From the IMG/VR virus record IMGVR_UViG_3300017967_000020, positions 1 through 62,907 of that record: a DNA stretch of 62,907 bases; one strand, given 5' to 3'. Positions 1-8,781 of the stretch are shown piece after piece (position 1 is the first letter of the stretch; every line of letters begins with the position of its first letter). The translations under genes were made by a program, and so were the position numbers. This DNA comes from a virus. Taxonomy: Duplodnaviria; Caudoviricetes. Below the pieces are notes generated by a model. The model was given only the letters and a program-made list of their open reading frames with translations. It was not told the DNA's origin and did not search any database.

Positions 1-560
1 ATTACAGAGTTAATTCACCTGCTGGAGACTATGCTGTTCTTTATGCTGATTCAACTGCTGGAACTAACCTGACTACTGATGACGGAACTCAGAAAGCTGG
101 ATTGCTGTTTTATCAGGCAGGTATCGCAGTGGTTACAGCATCAGTATTCTTGGATGCCGCCGATGGTGGAATTCTTTCTAACTCTGCTGGAACTTGCGAG
201 ATGAACGCTGGTGCTGAAGCAATCACGGATTTGTTTGTGTCTGGTGCCATTTCTGCTTCTTGTGATGCTTTGAGACAACGCTTGTACAATGTACAGTTCA
301 ACAACACTACTGAGTTGAACAGTACTGTTTATTTCTGTCGTGCTCATCATAACGAATTCAATTATAGTACCAATCCTACTTACCTAAGTTCTTCAAAGTT
401 GGTTGTCAAGAACAATGCATCAGACACTCCTGTCTCTTATATTACAACAGTTGGGCTTTATTCTGCAGACAATGAATTGTTAGCTGTTGCAAAGATGTCA
501 GAACCTTTGAAGAAAGATCCTTCTAATGAATTAACTTTGAGAGTTAGACTAGATTACTAA
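1..560 (+). CDS. Virion (baseplate/tail-associated) protein, 5'-truncated
   Basis: Frame is open from the window edge to TAA 560. C-terminal YFCRA..EFNYSTNPT..YITTVGLY..ELLAVAKMSEPLKK..RVRLDY is paralogous to the C-terminus of the next ORF. Confidence 0.55.
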   Translation, partial: YRVNSPAGDYAVLYADSTAGTNLTTDDGTQKAGLLFYQAGIAVVTASVFLDAADGGILSNSAGTCEMNAGAEAITDLFVSGAISASCDALRQRLYNVQFNNTTELNSTVYFCRAHHNEFNYSTNPTYLSSSKLVVKNNASDTPVSYITTVGLYSADNELLAVAKMSEPLKKDPSNELTLRVRLDY

Positions 561-566
561 GAAGAT

Positions 567-576
567 ACTATTTATA
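567..576 (+). promoter_or_regulatory. Putative late promoter (ACTATTTATA)
   Basis: Same motif recurs about 28-62 nt upstream of many virion genes. Confidence 0.6.
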
Positions 577-584
577 CTAATAAA

Positions 585-614
585 TGAATTAATTTAATCA
601 TTCAAGCGTATAAT
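585..614 (+). promoter_or_regulatory. Putative early/middle promoter TGAATT-N16-CGTATAAT
   Basis: Matches the bipartite motif seen 7 more times before replication genes; lies upstream of the resolvase-primase-SbcDC block. Confidence 0.55.
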
Positions 615-619
615 AAGAT

Positions 620-1792
620 ATGAGTATTTATAAATTTAAAAATGAAGAAGTGTTTGTTAATACATTGACTCTATATCCAAAATATGAATTCGTAGCATAT
701 TCTGGAACACTTTATATTAACAACAAACAGGCAGATGTGGGGGCATTTAACTCTCAAAGTCTAAGTGTGCCATCTGGCTATATTTCTCTATACGAAATGA
801 ACATCGACAGACTATCTGGATCTAATGATTATGTTTATCCGTTTATTACAAAGGATGGCTCTCTTCAATCTTTTAAAACTGTCAGTAATAGTCAGTTTGC
901 TCAGTCTTTTGCGCATGGGGATGTAATCACTGGATCTTATCCAATGTCTTCCTCTTTATATCGAAACTATTATTCTCAGTCTGCCAATCGTCCTCATTTA
1001 AATGCATTAAGAAATACAATGAATTTTTATAAGACTTTGTCTTCACATTATGAATTTAGTGGATCTCTTGGAGATAAAGGCGAACAAGAAGCAAATTTGA
1101 TCAGTGTACCTTCAATTTTTTATGGCAGCAGGATTAAAAAAGGATCGGTAGATTTGAGATTTTATATAACCGGTACTTTAGTCGGACAACTACAAGATAT
1201 AAAAAGAAATGGAGAATTGATTCAAGTTGCCCCATCTGGTTCAACTGGCTCTGGTTCATGTGCTGGCGTTGTGTTGTACAATGAAGGTTTTATGTTGCTT
1301 ACTGGTAGTTGGGAATTGGATACAACAAAGATGAATTATATCAACGATATTTCTCTCAAGAAGAGTACGAAATGGGTTTATTGGGGATCTGGTATAACAG
1401 GGTTCGATAATGATCCAATGACTGGATCGCACACTAGCATTTCTTTTCAGGGTGAAACCATGACTCCAACAATTTCTATGTATGCTCATGCGATGAAAGG
1501 AGAGTTGAATCACTCTAATAATCCCACATTCTTAAAGAATGATCAGCAATTGTATACCACTAGCAATATTCAGTCTGGTACGTTATATTTAGAAAATAAT
1601 AATGCTTTGATCAAAAATACTGTCTATAACATATATGACAACAATGAAGAAACATTTCAGAAGCACACATATATTTCCAAAGTAGTGATCTATGATGAGC
1701 ACATGAATGTACTTGGGGTTGCTAAGGTTGCAAAACCAGTTAAGAAAACTGAAGATAGGGAGTTCAGTTTTAAATTAAAATTAGATTTATAG
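620..1792 (+). CDS. Virion (baseplate/tail-associated) protein, paralog of upstream ORF
   Basis: C-terminal YAHA..ELNHSNNPT..TYISKVVIYD..LGVAKVAKPVKK..FKLKLDL aligns by eye with the 1..560 product; S/T/G-rich; late motif upstream. Confidence 0.55.
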   Translation: MSIYKFKNEEVFVNTLTLYPKYEFVAYSGTLYINNKQADVGAFNSQSLSVPSGYISLYEMNIDRLSGSNDYVYPFITKDGSLQSFKTVSNSQFAQSFAHGDVITGSYPMSSSLYRNYYSQSANRPHLNALRNTMNFYKTLSSHYEFSGSLGDKGEQEANLISVPSIFYGSRIKKGSVDLRFYITGTLVGQLQDIKRNGELIQVAPSGSTGSGSCAGVVLYNEGFMLLTGSWELDTTKMNYINDISLKKSTKWVYWGSGITGFDNDPMTGSHTSISFQGETMTPTISMYAHAMKGELNHSNNPTFLKNDQQLYTTSNIQSGTLYLENNNALIKNTVYNIYDNNEETFQKHTYISKVVIYDEHMNVLGVAKVAKPVKKTEDREFSFKLKLDL

Positions 1793-1799
1793 GAGAAGT

Positions 1800-2360
1800 A
1801 TGAACTGTATATTAGGGCTTGATATAAGCACGTCTGTTATAGGAATGGCTGTAATGGACTATGATCACAAATTAATCCATTATAGGAATTTAAAATTTAA
1901 TACAAAAGAAGATCTTGAAATTAGATGTTGGCAGTTCAAGCAAGAGTTGGCAGAGGTTTTTGATAATTATGGTTTCGATGCGGTTTATGTAGAACAGCCT
2001 GCAATGATGTTTGGCGGCGGAAAGACGACTGCCCAAACAATGTCAAAACTCCAAAGATTCAATGGAATGTGCTGCTACGCCGTATACACTCAGACATTCT
2101 TAGTGCCAGAATTGGTTCATCCTAACTCAGCAAGAAAAAAAATGAATATTTCGATACCACGAATCGTAAAGAATAAGAAGCACCACATTATCAATGAAGT
2201 TCAAAAGAGATATCCAAATTTCACTTTTGAAGTCACCAGACAAGGTAATCCAAAGCCCGGAACTGATGACATAGCCGATGCTATCGTAATTGCTTATTAT
2301 GGTGTTTCTGAATTCAAAGAGGGGCTAAATGATATCGGAGAAAATAAAATTAGTGAATAA
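1800..2360 (+). CDS. RuvC-like Holliday junction resolvase
   Basis: ILGLDIST, VYVEQP and DDIADAIVIA carry the RNase H-fold acidic residues typical of RuvC; GGAG RBS. Confidence 0.8.
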   Translation: MNCILGLDISTSVIGMAVMDYDHKLIHYRNLKFNTKEDLEIRCWQFKQELAEVFDNYGFDAVYVEQPAMMFGGGKTTAQTMSKLQRFNGMCCYAVYTQTFLVPELVHPNSARKKMNISIPRIVKNKKHHIINEVQKRYPNFTFEVTRQGNPKPGTDDIADAIVIAYYGVSEFKEGLNDIGENKISE

Positions 2361-3264
2361 TGTTTTAGGATATCCTAAAAGACAATCGTCTGAACACCTA
2401 TATACATGCCCATTTTGTAATCATCATAAGAAAAAGTTTTCTGTTAATTTTAGCATGAATGTTTTTAAATGTTGGGTATGTGACGCAAGAGGCAGAAATA
2501 TTAGACGGATTATTCGTCGATTTGGATCTTTTACTCAATTAAAAGAATGGGACAAACTATCAGGCATTGTAGATCACTCAAGATTAGAATTTGATTTGTT
2601 TGCAGAAGAAGAAGAACAGCAGGAGCAAATTATCTCTTTACCTAAAGAATTTAAGACTCTTACAGGAAAACCTAACATAGTTGACAAAAGAGCCTTGTGT
2701 TATCTACAAAAACGTAGAATTGAACCTTGTGATTTGTTGAAATACAAAATTGGCTATTGCAGCGAAGGAGAATTTGAAGGTAGAATTATTATTCCATCTT
2801 TCAATATTGATGGATATGTGAACTACTTTATTGCTCGCTCGTTCGACGGGCATTGGATGCGTTATAAGAATCCCGACGCATCTAGAGATATCATCTTCAA
2901 TGAGTTGATCATTGATTGGGATTCGGATGTAATATTGGTAGAAGGAGTATTTGATGCTATATTCGCAGGAAACGCTGTTGCTTTATTGGGCTCAACTCTA
3001 CGTGAAGAGTCAAAACTGTTCCAGCACATAATCAGAAATGATTCGAGTGTCTTCATTGCTTTAGATCCGGATGCAGAAGATAAGGCAATGAAGATTGCTC
3101 GTACACTTCTTAAATATGATATTGAGGTTTGGAAGATTGATTTACCAAAGGGAGAGGATGTTTCTTCTATAGGCAAAGAAGCCTTTGCAGAACTCAAAAA
3201 GAATGCTGTCTTGATGCGAGACGATCAAGACTGGATTCTCAAAAGAAAACTTATGTCTCTATAA
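2329..3264 (+). CDS. dnaG: DNA primase (zinc finger + TOPRIM)
   Basis: CPFC..CWVC zinc finger, GRIIIP, LVEGVFDA and ALDPD TOPRIM motifs. Confidence 0.85.
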   Translation: MISEKIKLVNNVLGYPKRQSSEHLYTCPFCNHHKKKFSVNFSMNVFKCWVCDARGRNIRRIIRRFGSFTQLKEWDKLSGIVDHSRLEFDLFAEEEEQQEQIISLPKEFKTLTGKPNIVDKRALCYLQKRRIEPCDLLKYKIGYCSEGEFEGRIIIPSFNIDGYVNYFIARSFDGHWMRYKNPDASRDIIFNELIIDWDSDVILVEGVFDAIFAGNAVALLGSTLREESKLFQHIIRNDSSVFIALDPDAEDKAMKIARTLLKYDIEVWKIDLPKGEDVSSIGKEAFAELKKNAVLMRDDQDWILKRKLMSL

Positions 3265-3295
3265 TGATCAATATTCTAAACAAAAAGGAGGGAAA

Positions 3296-6200
3296 ATGAT
3301 TAAAATAGCACACATTGCAGACACTCATATTCGTAATTTAAAGTACCACTATGAGTATAAGGTTATCTTTTCGCAAATTTACGAAACCTTACGAAATGAG
3401 AAGGTTGACTATATCGTACACTGCGGAGACATAGCACACACCAAAACACAGATTTCTCCAGAGTTTGTAGAAATGGCTTCTGAGTTCTTTTATAACTTAG
3501 CAGAGATTGCACCGACATACATTATCTTAGGAAACCACGATGGTAATCTCAAGAACAGTTCTCGACAAGATGCGATTACTCCAATTATCAATGCATTGGA
3601 TCACAGCAATCTACACCTACTTAAGAACTCAGGCGAAACAGACATTGGAGATGATGTTGTGTTGAATGTGTTATCGGTATTTGACGAAGACAATTGGATA
3701 GATCCCACAGATGATAGTAAAATTAACATTGCTTTGTATCATGGTGCGGTGCAATATTCTAAGACAGATGCAGGCTACTCAATGACACACGGAGATCACG
3801 ACATTTCTATCTTCGATGAGTTTGATTATGCTATGCTCGGAGACATTCATCAGCGTCAGTATCTCAACGATAAACGCACTATCTGGTATGCAGGCTCAAC
3901 AGTTCAGCAGAATTTTGGAGAAACAGACGACAAGGGTATTCTTATTTGGAATATCAAAAGCAAGACGAAGCACACCATTAAGCCTGTGATATTCAGTAAC
4001 CCACGCCCATTTCTATCTTGGAATATTGAACTGGATGTGAATGGTAATCCAGACATCTCAAATTTTAACCCACCAGAAGGAGCAAGAATCCGTGTTATTG
4101 CTGATAATTCTTTATCGATTGATCAAATCAAGAAGGCAACTGAGGTTGTCAAACATAAATTCAATCCAGAATCCGTTACATTCCTCAATAGAGCAACAAG
4201 TAGGAACTCAGTAGAATTAGGAGAAGGAGAATCTGAAGTACTTGATCTTCGCAATATTGAGGTACAAGAAGATTTGATTGAAGAATATTTGGATCCATTT
4301 AATTTATCACAAGATGAATTAGAAAATGTTTATCGACTTAACAAGAAATATAATGACGCCATAGCACAACAAGATGATATCTCTAGGAATGTTAATTGGA
4401 ACTTAGACAGAATCAGATGGGACAATTTGTTCAACTATGGAGCAGGTAATGAAATTAATTTTCAGAATCTTAACGGCATTGTTGGCATCTTCGGTAAAAA
4501 TTTCTCAGGTAAGTCATCCATCATTGATTCAATCTTGTTCTCAATGTTTAACTCAACTTCTAAAAATGAAAAGAAGAACCTCAACGTAATCAACCAAAAC
4601 AAGGAAAAAGCATTAGCAAAACTTGATGTTACCGTTGGGGAACAGAAATTTGTTATTGAACGAGAAGCAGAGAAATATACAAAGAAGTTAAAGGGAGAGG
4701 AAACACTTGAAGCCAAGACAGGCGTAACCTTTTATTCGGAGTCATTAGTGACAGGCGATATAACGCCCTTAAATGGCACTACAAGGAACGATACAGATAA
4801 AGCTATACGAAACCACTTTGGATCATTGGGAGACTTTCTATTGACATCTATGAGCTCCCAAAACGGTGCTTTGAATTTCATCTCCGAAGGCGCTTCAAAA
4901 CGAAAAGAGATCTTCGCAAAATTTCTTGATTTGAATCAGTTTGAACAAAAGTATCGTCTTGCGAAAGAGGACTCGGCAGAGGTACGTGCGCTTCTTAAAC
5001 GCCTTGAAGGTAGGGATTTTCACCAAGAAAAGAAAGAACAAGTAATTGATTTAGCAAAAGTTACAAAGCGCTTGAATGGGCACGAAGAAGATTGCAGAGT
5101 GTTAACGGCTCAAATTGAAGAGCTTAATAATGAAATAGCCTTGCTAGAATCGTCAATCAATTCAGTCCCAACAGAATTAATTGATATAGCAAAAGTTAGA
5201 AACAATATTGTTTCGAAAAGGACACAAGTGTCTAGGTTATACGATCATATAGAAGAGCTTACCAACGAGAAAAGAGGTAAAGAAGAAAGATATAGAGCAC
5301 TATGTGATTTTGAAGAGACATTTGATATTGAAGGGCTAAATTCCAAAAAAGTTAAAATTGATGAATTGATACAATTAATTGATGATACCACTACAGATAT
5401 AAAAGCAAAAGAGCGAGAATACAATTCAAATGCCTCAAAGAAGAAACTATTGGACGGGATACCTTGTGGCTCAAGTTTCCCTAAATGTAAGTTTATCAAA
5501 GATGCAAATATTGCCGTTGCCCATCTTCCTGCTATTCGTATGGAGATTGAGTCAGCAAGTGATAAAGTTTCAACATTTGAGGCAAGCCTAAGAGATCTCA
5601 ACCCAGAAAAGGTATCAGAACACTTAGCCAAGTTTCAAAAGCTGCTTGATAAGAAAGTAGAAGTATCTTCACGAATCACGGAAATTGGGTTGCAACATGA
5701 TCGTGACGTCACGACAATTAAACTTCTCACTAAAGAAATAGAAGAATTAGAACTAGAACAAAAAAGCTATGAAGACAATAAAGAAGCTATTGAAAATTTG
5801 GAATCAATGTTATCTAAGAAAGCTTCTATAGAAGCCAAGTTGCAAACCACCAAGAGAACATTGGCGAAATGTGAAAAAGATCGGCTAGACTTCTATAAAC
5901 AAACCGGATCAATTGAAGAGAAGATTAAGAATCTTGAGGAGTTGTCGGAACAACTAGAACAATACCGTTCCGAATACTCAGCATATGATTTGTACATGCA
6001 ATGCATGCACTCTAATGGGATTGCGTTCGATGTGATTAAAAAGAAGCTTCCTGTCATTAATGAAGAAATTTCAAAGACAATTGCCAACATTGTAGATTTC
6101 AATATCTTTTTTGAGGTTGATGGGGGAAAATTTGAAATTTATATTAAGCACCCAAAGCATGATCCGCGCCCTCTAGAGATGGGCTCTGGAGCAGAGAAAA

Positions 6201-6454
6201 CCATCGCAGCTATGGCTATTCGAATGGCTTTGCTGACTGTCTCATCTATGCCAAAAGGAAATATATTTATTTTAGATGAACCTGGGACAGCATTAGATGA
6301 AGAAAATATGGAAGGCTTTATTCGTATTTTGGAACTAATTAAAGTAAACTTTAAAACAGTTTTACTAATTAGTCATCTAGATTCGTTAAAAGATTGCGTT
6401 GATATGCAGATCGTCATAGATAAAAAGGATGGCTATGCTCATGTTAAACAATAG
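3296..6454 (+). CDS. Fused SbcD/Mre11 nuclease - SbcC/Rad50 ATPase (T4 gp47-gp46 equivalent)
   Basis: N-terminal metallophosphoesterase motifs (DTH, GD, GNHD, GDIH), then Walker A GKNFSGKSS, coiled coil with Cys pair, signature SGAE, Walker B ILDEP and ISH, all in one 1052-aa ORF. Confidence 0.9.
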   Translation: MIKIAHIADTHIRNLKYHYEYKVIFSQIYETLRNEKVDYIVHCGDIAHTKTQISPEFVEMASEFFYNLAEIAPTYIILGNHDGNLKNSSRQDAITPIINALDHSNLHLLKNSGETDIGDDVVLNVLSVFDEDNWIDPTDDSKINIALYHGAVQYSKTDAGYSMTHGDHDISIFDEFDYAMLGDIHQRQYLNDKRTIWYAGSTVQQNFGETDDKGILIWNIKSKTKHTIKPVIFSNPRPFLSWNIELDVNGNPDISNFNPPEGARIRVIADNSLSIDQIKKATEVVKHKFNPESVTFLNRATSRNSVELGEGESEVLDLRNIEVQEDLIEEYLDPFNLSQDELENVYRLNKKYNDAIAQQDDISRNVNWNLDRIRWDNLFNYGAGNEINFQNLNGIVGIFGKNFSGKSSIIDSILFSMFNSTSKNEKKNLNVINQNKEKALAKLDVTVGEQKFVIEREAEKYTKKLKGEETLEAKTGVTFYSESLVTGDITPLNGTTRNDTDKAIRNHFGSLGDFLLTSMSSQNGALNFISEGASKRKEIFAKFLDLNQFEQKYRLAKEDSAEVRALLKRLEGRDFHQEKKEQVIDLAKVTKRLNGHEEDCRVLTAQIEELNNEIALLESSINSVPTELIDIAKVRNNIVSKRTQVSRLYDHIEELTNEKRGKEERYRALCDFEETFDIEGLNSKKVKIDELIQLIDDTTTDIKAKEREYNSNASKKKLLDGIPCGSSFPKCKFIKDANIAVAHLPAIRMEIESASDKVSTFEASLRDLNPEKVSEHLAKFQKLLDKKVEVSSRITEIGLQHDRDVTTIKLLTKEIEELELEQKSYEDNKEAIENLESMLSKKASIEAKLQTTKRTLAKCEKDRLDFYKQTGSIEEKIKNLEELSEQLEQYRSEYSAYDLYMQCMHSNGIAFDVIKKKLPVINEEISKTIANIVDFNIFFEVDGGKFEIYIKHPKHDPRPLEMGSGAEKTIAAMAIRMALLTVSSMPKGNIFILDEPGTALDEENMEGFIRILELIKVNFKTVLLISHLDSLKDCVDMQIVIDKKDGYAHVKQ

Positions 6455-6462
6455 GAGGACAC

Positions 6463-6672
6463 ATGACTATGGAAGAAATGAAAGAAAAACAAGAAGCAGT
6501 AGTAGATGCATGGTTGTCAAAAGTAACAAGTCGCAAACTTATGGTTTGGACAGCATCAACTATCTTAATGTATATGGGAATGATTGAATCCGCAGATTGG
6601 GTTATGATTTCTGCTATCTATATTGGTGGACAATCGATTATTGATGGTATCGCTAAAATGAAGGGAGTATGA
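6463..6672 (+). CDS. Putative holin
   Basis: 69 aa, two hydrophobic helices, SRKL motif, AGGAGG RBS; ACTAATTA motifs at 6334 and 6364. Confidence 0.5.
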   Translation: MTMEEMKEKQEAVVDAWLSKVTSRKLMVWTASTILMYMGMIESADWVMISAIYIGGQSIIDGIAKMKGV

Positions 6673-7043
6673 TGGCTTTAGACTATGTGCTCAAGCATTG
6701 GAAAGAACTGCTTATTGCAGTTCTTTTCCTCGTTCTTTGGCTGAAATCTCGAATGGACTATGCTTCTTTGAAGGAGCTAGAGCAGCAAAGAATTGAGGCT
6801 CATGAAGAATCAATGCAGGAATTAAAAAATAATTATGAAGAAAGAATAAAAGATCAAAAGGAAGCATATGAAAAATATAAAGAAGAAGTTGACATTATCT
6901 TGGATCACTACGGCAACAGAGTTGCAGAGTTGGAATTTAAAACATCTGAAAAGAAGCAAGAATACCAGAACATCCTCAAAGAAAAACCAGAAACACTAAT
7001 TAAAGAAATAGAGCAAAAATTTGGATTTAAATATGTTGAGTAG
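6669..7043 (+). CDS. Membrane-anchored coiled-coil protein (i-spanin-like)
   Basis: N-terminal TM (LLIAVLFLVLWL) followed by a charged coiled coil; follows the holin candidate. Confidence 0.4.
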   Translation: MMALDYVLKHWKELLIAVLFLVLWLKSRMDYASLKELEQQRIEAHEESMQELKNNYEERIKDQKEAYEKYKEEVDIILDHYGNRVAELEFKTSEKKQEYQNILKEKPETLIKEIEQKFGFKYVE

Positions 7044-7452
7044 TTTATTGATTTTATTTATTGGAGTAGCTCAAGCGGACAACGGCAAGTTCACTTATCT
7101 AGAGCCAGAACAGCCTTGTCCATTTAAGGGCACTCTATTAGACGACGAAGCCATGTCGCATTTATTAACATTGCCAGATTATGAACAAGAAAAGTGTGAC
7201 ATACAGAAGCAAAAAGAGTTGGATTTATTACAAACAGAGTGTGATCTTAAACAAGATCAGATGCAATCAGATATCGATTTCCACAAAAGTGAAGTTGATA
7301 GAGTTACTAAAGAAAAAAATGATGTCATCAAAGCTCTTGAAGACGAAATTGAAGTCTTAGGAAAAGACAATAAAGGACTCATATTCTCATCAGGAGTTGT
7401 AGTAGGGGTTACTGTTACGTATTTATTTGTAAAAGCACTCGGAGGTACATGA
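7033..7452 (+). CDS. Exported coiled-coil protein with C-terminal TM (spanin-like partner)
   Basis: Signal peptide MLSSLLILFIGVAQA, coiled coil and C-terminal hydrophobic segment; start taken at ATG 7033. Confidence 0.35.
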   Translation: MLSSLLILFIGVAQADNGKFTYLEPEQPCPFKGTLLDDEAMSHLLTLPDYEQEKCDIQKQKELDLLQTECDLKQDQMQSDIDFHKSEVDRVTKEKNDVIKALEDEIEVLGKDNKGLIFSSGVVVGVTVTYLFVKALGGT

Positions 7453-7838
7453 TGAAAATTGATGATCTTAATAAGGTTGCGGCATATGAAAAAGCAATAA
7501 AACAAAAATATGGGTATGATGCCGTTAAAAACCCAAATGCCGGTTGGGATGATGATAAAGAAAAAGAATATCTAGAGACAACAAAAAAATTTGAATCTAA
7601 GGTTTCTCGTTATAACGAAGACAATGATTTGGTTGAAGTTGATGGTTTTTTAATGCCTAAAAGACTACTTAATGTAGAGACGAAACGTATCTGTGATACA
7701 TGTTCTACCTATTCTTTCGATAAAGGTGATGACTTTTATATGCATAAATTTGATTGCTGTCAGAGATGCTTCATCCAATATGTCGAAGGGCGAGAAGAAA
7801 GATGGCAATCAGGATGGCGTCCAAACATAGAGGAATAA
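7449..7838 (+). CDS. Hypothetical protein with CxxC...CxxC zinc site
   Basis: CDTC and CQRC pairs; GGAGG RBS. Confidence 0.55.
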   Translation: MMKIDDLNKVAAYEKAIKQKYGYDAVKNPNAGWDDDKEKEYLETTKKFESKVSRYNEDNDLVEVDGFLMPKRLLNVETKRICDTCSTYSFDKGDDFYMHKFDCCQRCFIQYVEGREERWQSGWRPNIEE

Positions 7839-7841
7839 AAA

Positions 7842-8198
7842 ATGAAAGTAACAAAAAACTATATCAAGCAACTTGTAAAAGAAGAGCTTCAAGCTGTATT
7901 GGAAAATAATACGGAGTATATCGCTGGTGACGGCGGTGCTGATCGTATTGATGGGGTTAAAACAACCCTTTCTAAAGTTAATCTTGGCGTAAATCATCCA
8001 AAAATGAAAGATGTGAAAGAAAAGTTAAAAAGTATGCCGAATGGATCATTCACCAAAAATACAGCAATGGGCGATGATTTTCTTTATGTTAAGTCTGAGG
8101 AAGGTAATGCCTATTATGCTGCTAATCACCGTGGCAATAATAGGGCAGATTCTGCATATGAAGAATTGGAAGCATTGGGTTACAAAGAAGTTAAGTAA
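7842..8198 (+). CDS. MKVTK-leader family protein (putative internal head protein)
   Basis: N-terminus MKVTKNYIKQLVKEELQAVLE is shared with four other ORFs. Confidence 0.65.
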   Translation: MKVTKNYIKQLVKEELQAVLENNTEYIAGDGGADRIDGVKTTLSKVNLGVNHPKMKDVKEKLKSMPNGSFTKNTAMGDDFLYVKSEEGNAYYAANHRGNNRADSAYEELEALGYKEVK

Positions 8199-8226
8199 TT
8201 CACATTTAAGATAGGAGAAGGAATAA

Positions 8227-8781
8227 ATGGCTACAACATTAGAAATTGTAAAAGGAATTCATCAAGCAGCAGCAAATGCTTATGATGGCTCTCATGATGA
8301 GAGATTTACAGGCAAAGATCTTGCAAAAGAAATCGGATTGCGTAGAGAAGAAGGGTGTGCGATCAAGGACTCAAGAGTTATTGACGGCTTCAATGTAAAA
8401 GTATCTGGTAACGAATTGCATATTATCTATCATACAGAAGTTACAGCAAAAGAATCTCACAACGCTCAATTGGAATCCGACATTGAACAAAGCATTGCTG
8501 ACATTGTAAAGTTTCTTAAGAAGGAATACAGAAAGGTTGCTGAAGGTTCTTTATCGTTAGGTAAGCCAGAAGAGATTGAAATACGTATGGAGTACATCTC
8601 TAGACAAAGAGTGTCAATTATTGCTAAACAACGTTTTGTTATTAGTGGGATTGACGCAGAACAAAACAACTCTCCTGAGTCCCAAGAAGATCGTTTGGAT
8701 AAATCAATTAAAGATTTTCTTTCTATGGGAAGAGAGCAAGCCAAGAAGCCTTCAAACTACACAGCGAAAAATGAGCAATAA
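8227..8781 (+). CDS. Hypothetical protein upstream of terminase
   Basis: 184-aa ORF with RBS, abutting the terminase start; no motif recognised. Confidence 0.55.
   Translation: MATTLEIVKGIHQAAANAYDGSHDERFTGKDLAKEIGLRREEGCAIKDSRVIDGFNVKVSGNELHIIYHTEVTAKESHNAQLESDIEQSIADIVKFLKKEYRKVAEGSLSLGKPEEIEIRMEYISRQRVSIIAKQRFVISGIDAEQNNSPESQEDRLDKSIKDFLSMGREQAKKPSNYTAKNEQ

Noticed and set aside
569-576. TATTTATA as a minus-strand T4 late promoter (TATAAATA)
   Set aside because: Copies are positioned relative to + strand starts, no credible minus-strand genes exist, and variants such as ACTATTTAC and ACTAATTA break the T4 consensus.
2681-2706. TTGACA sigma70-like promoter inside the primase gene
   Set aside because: No acceptable -10 hexamer at 16-18 nt spacing.
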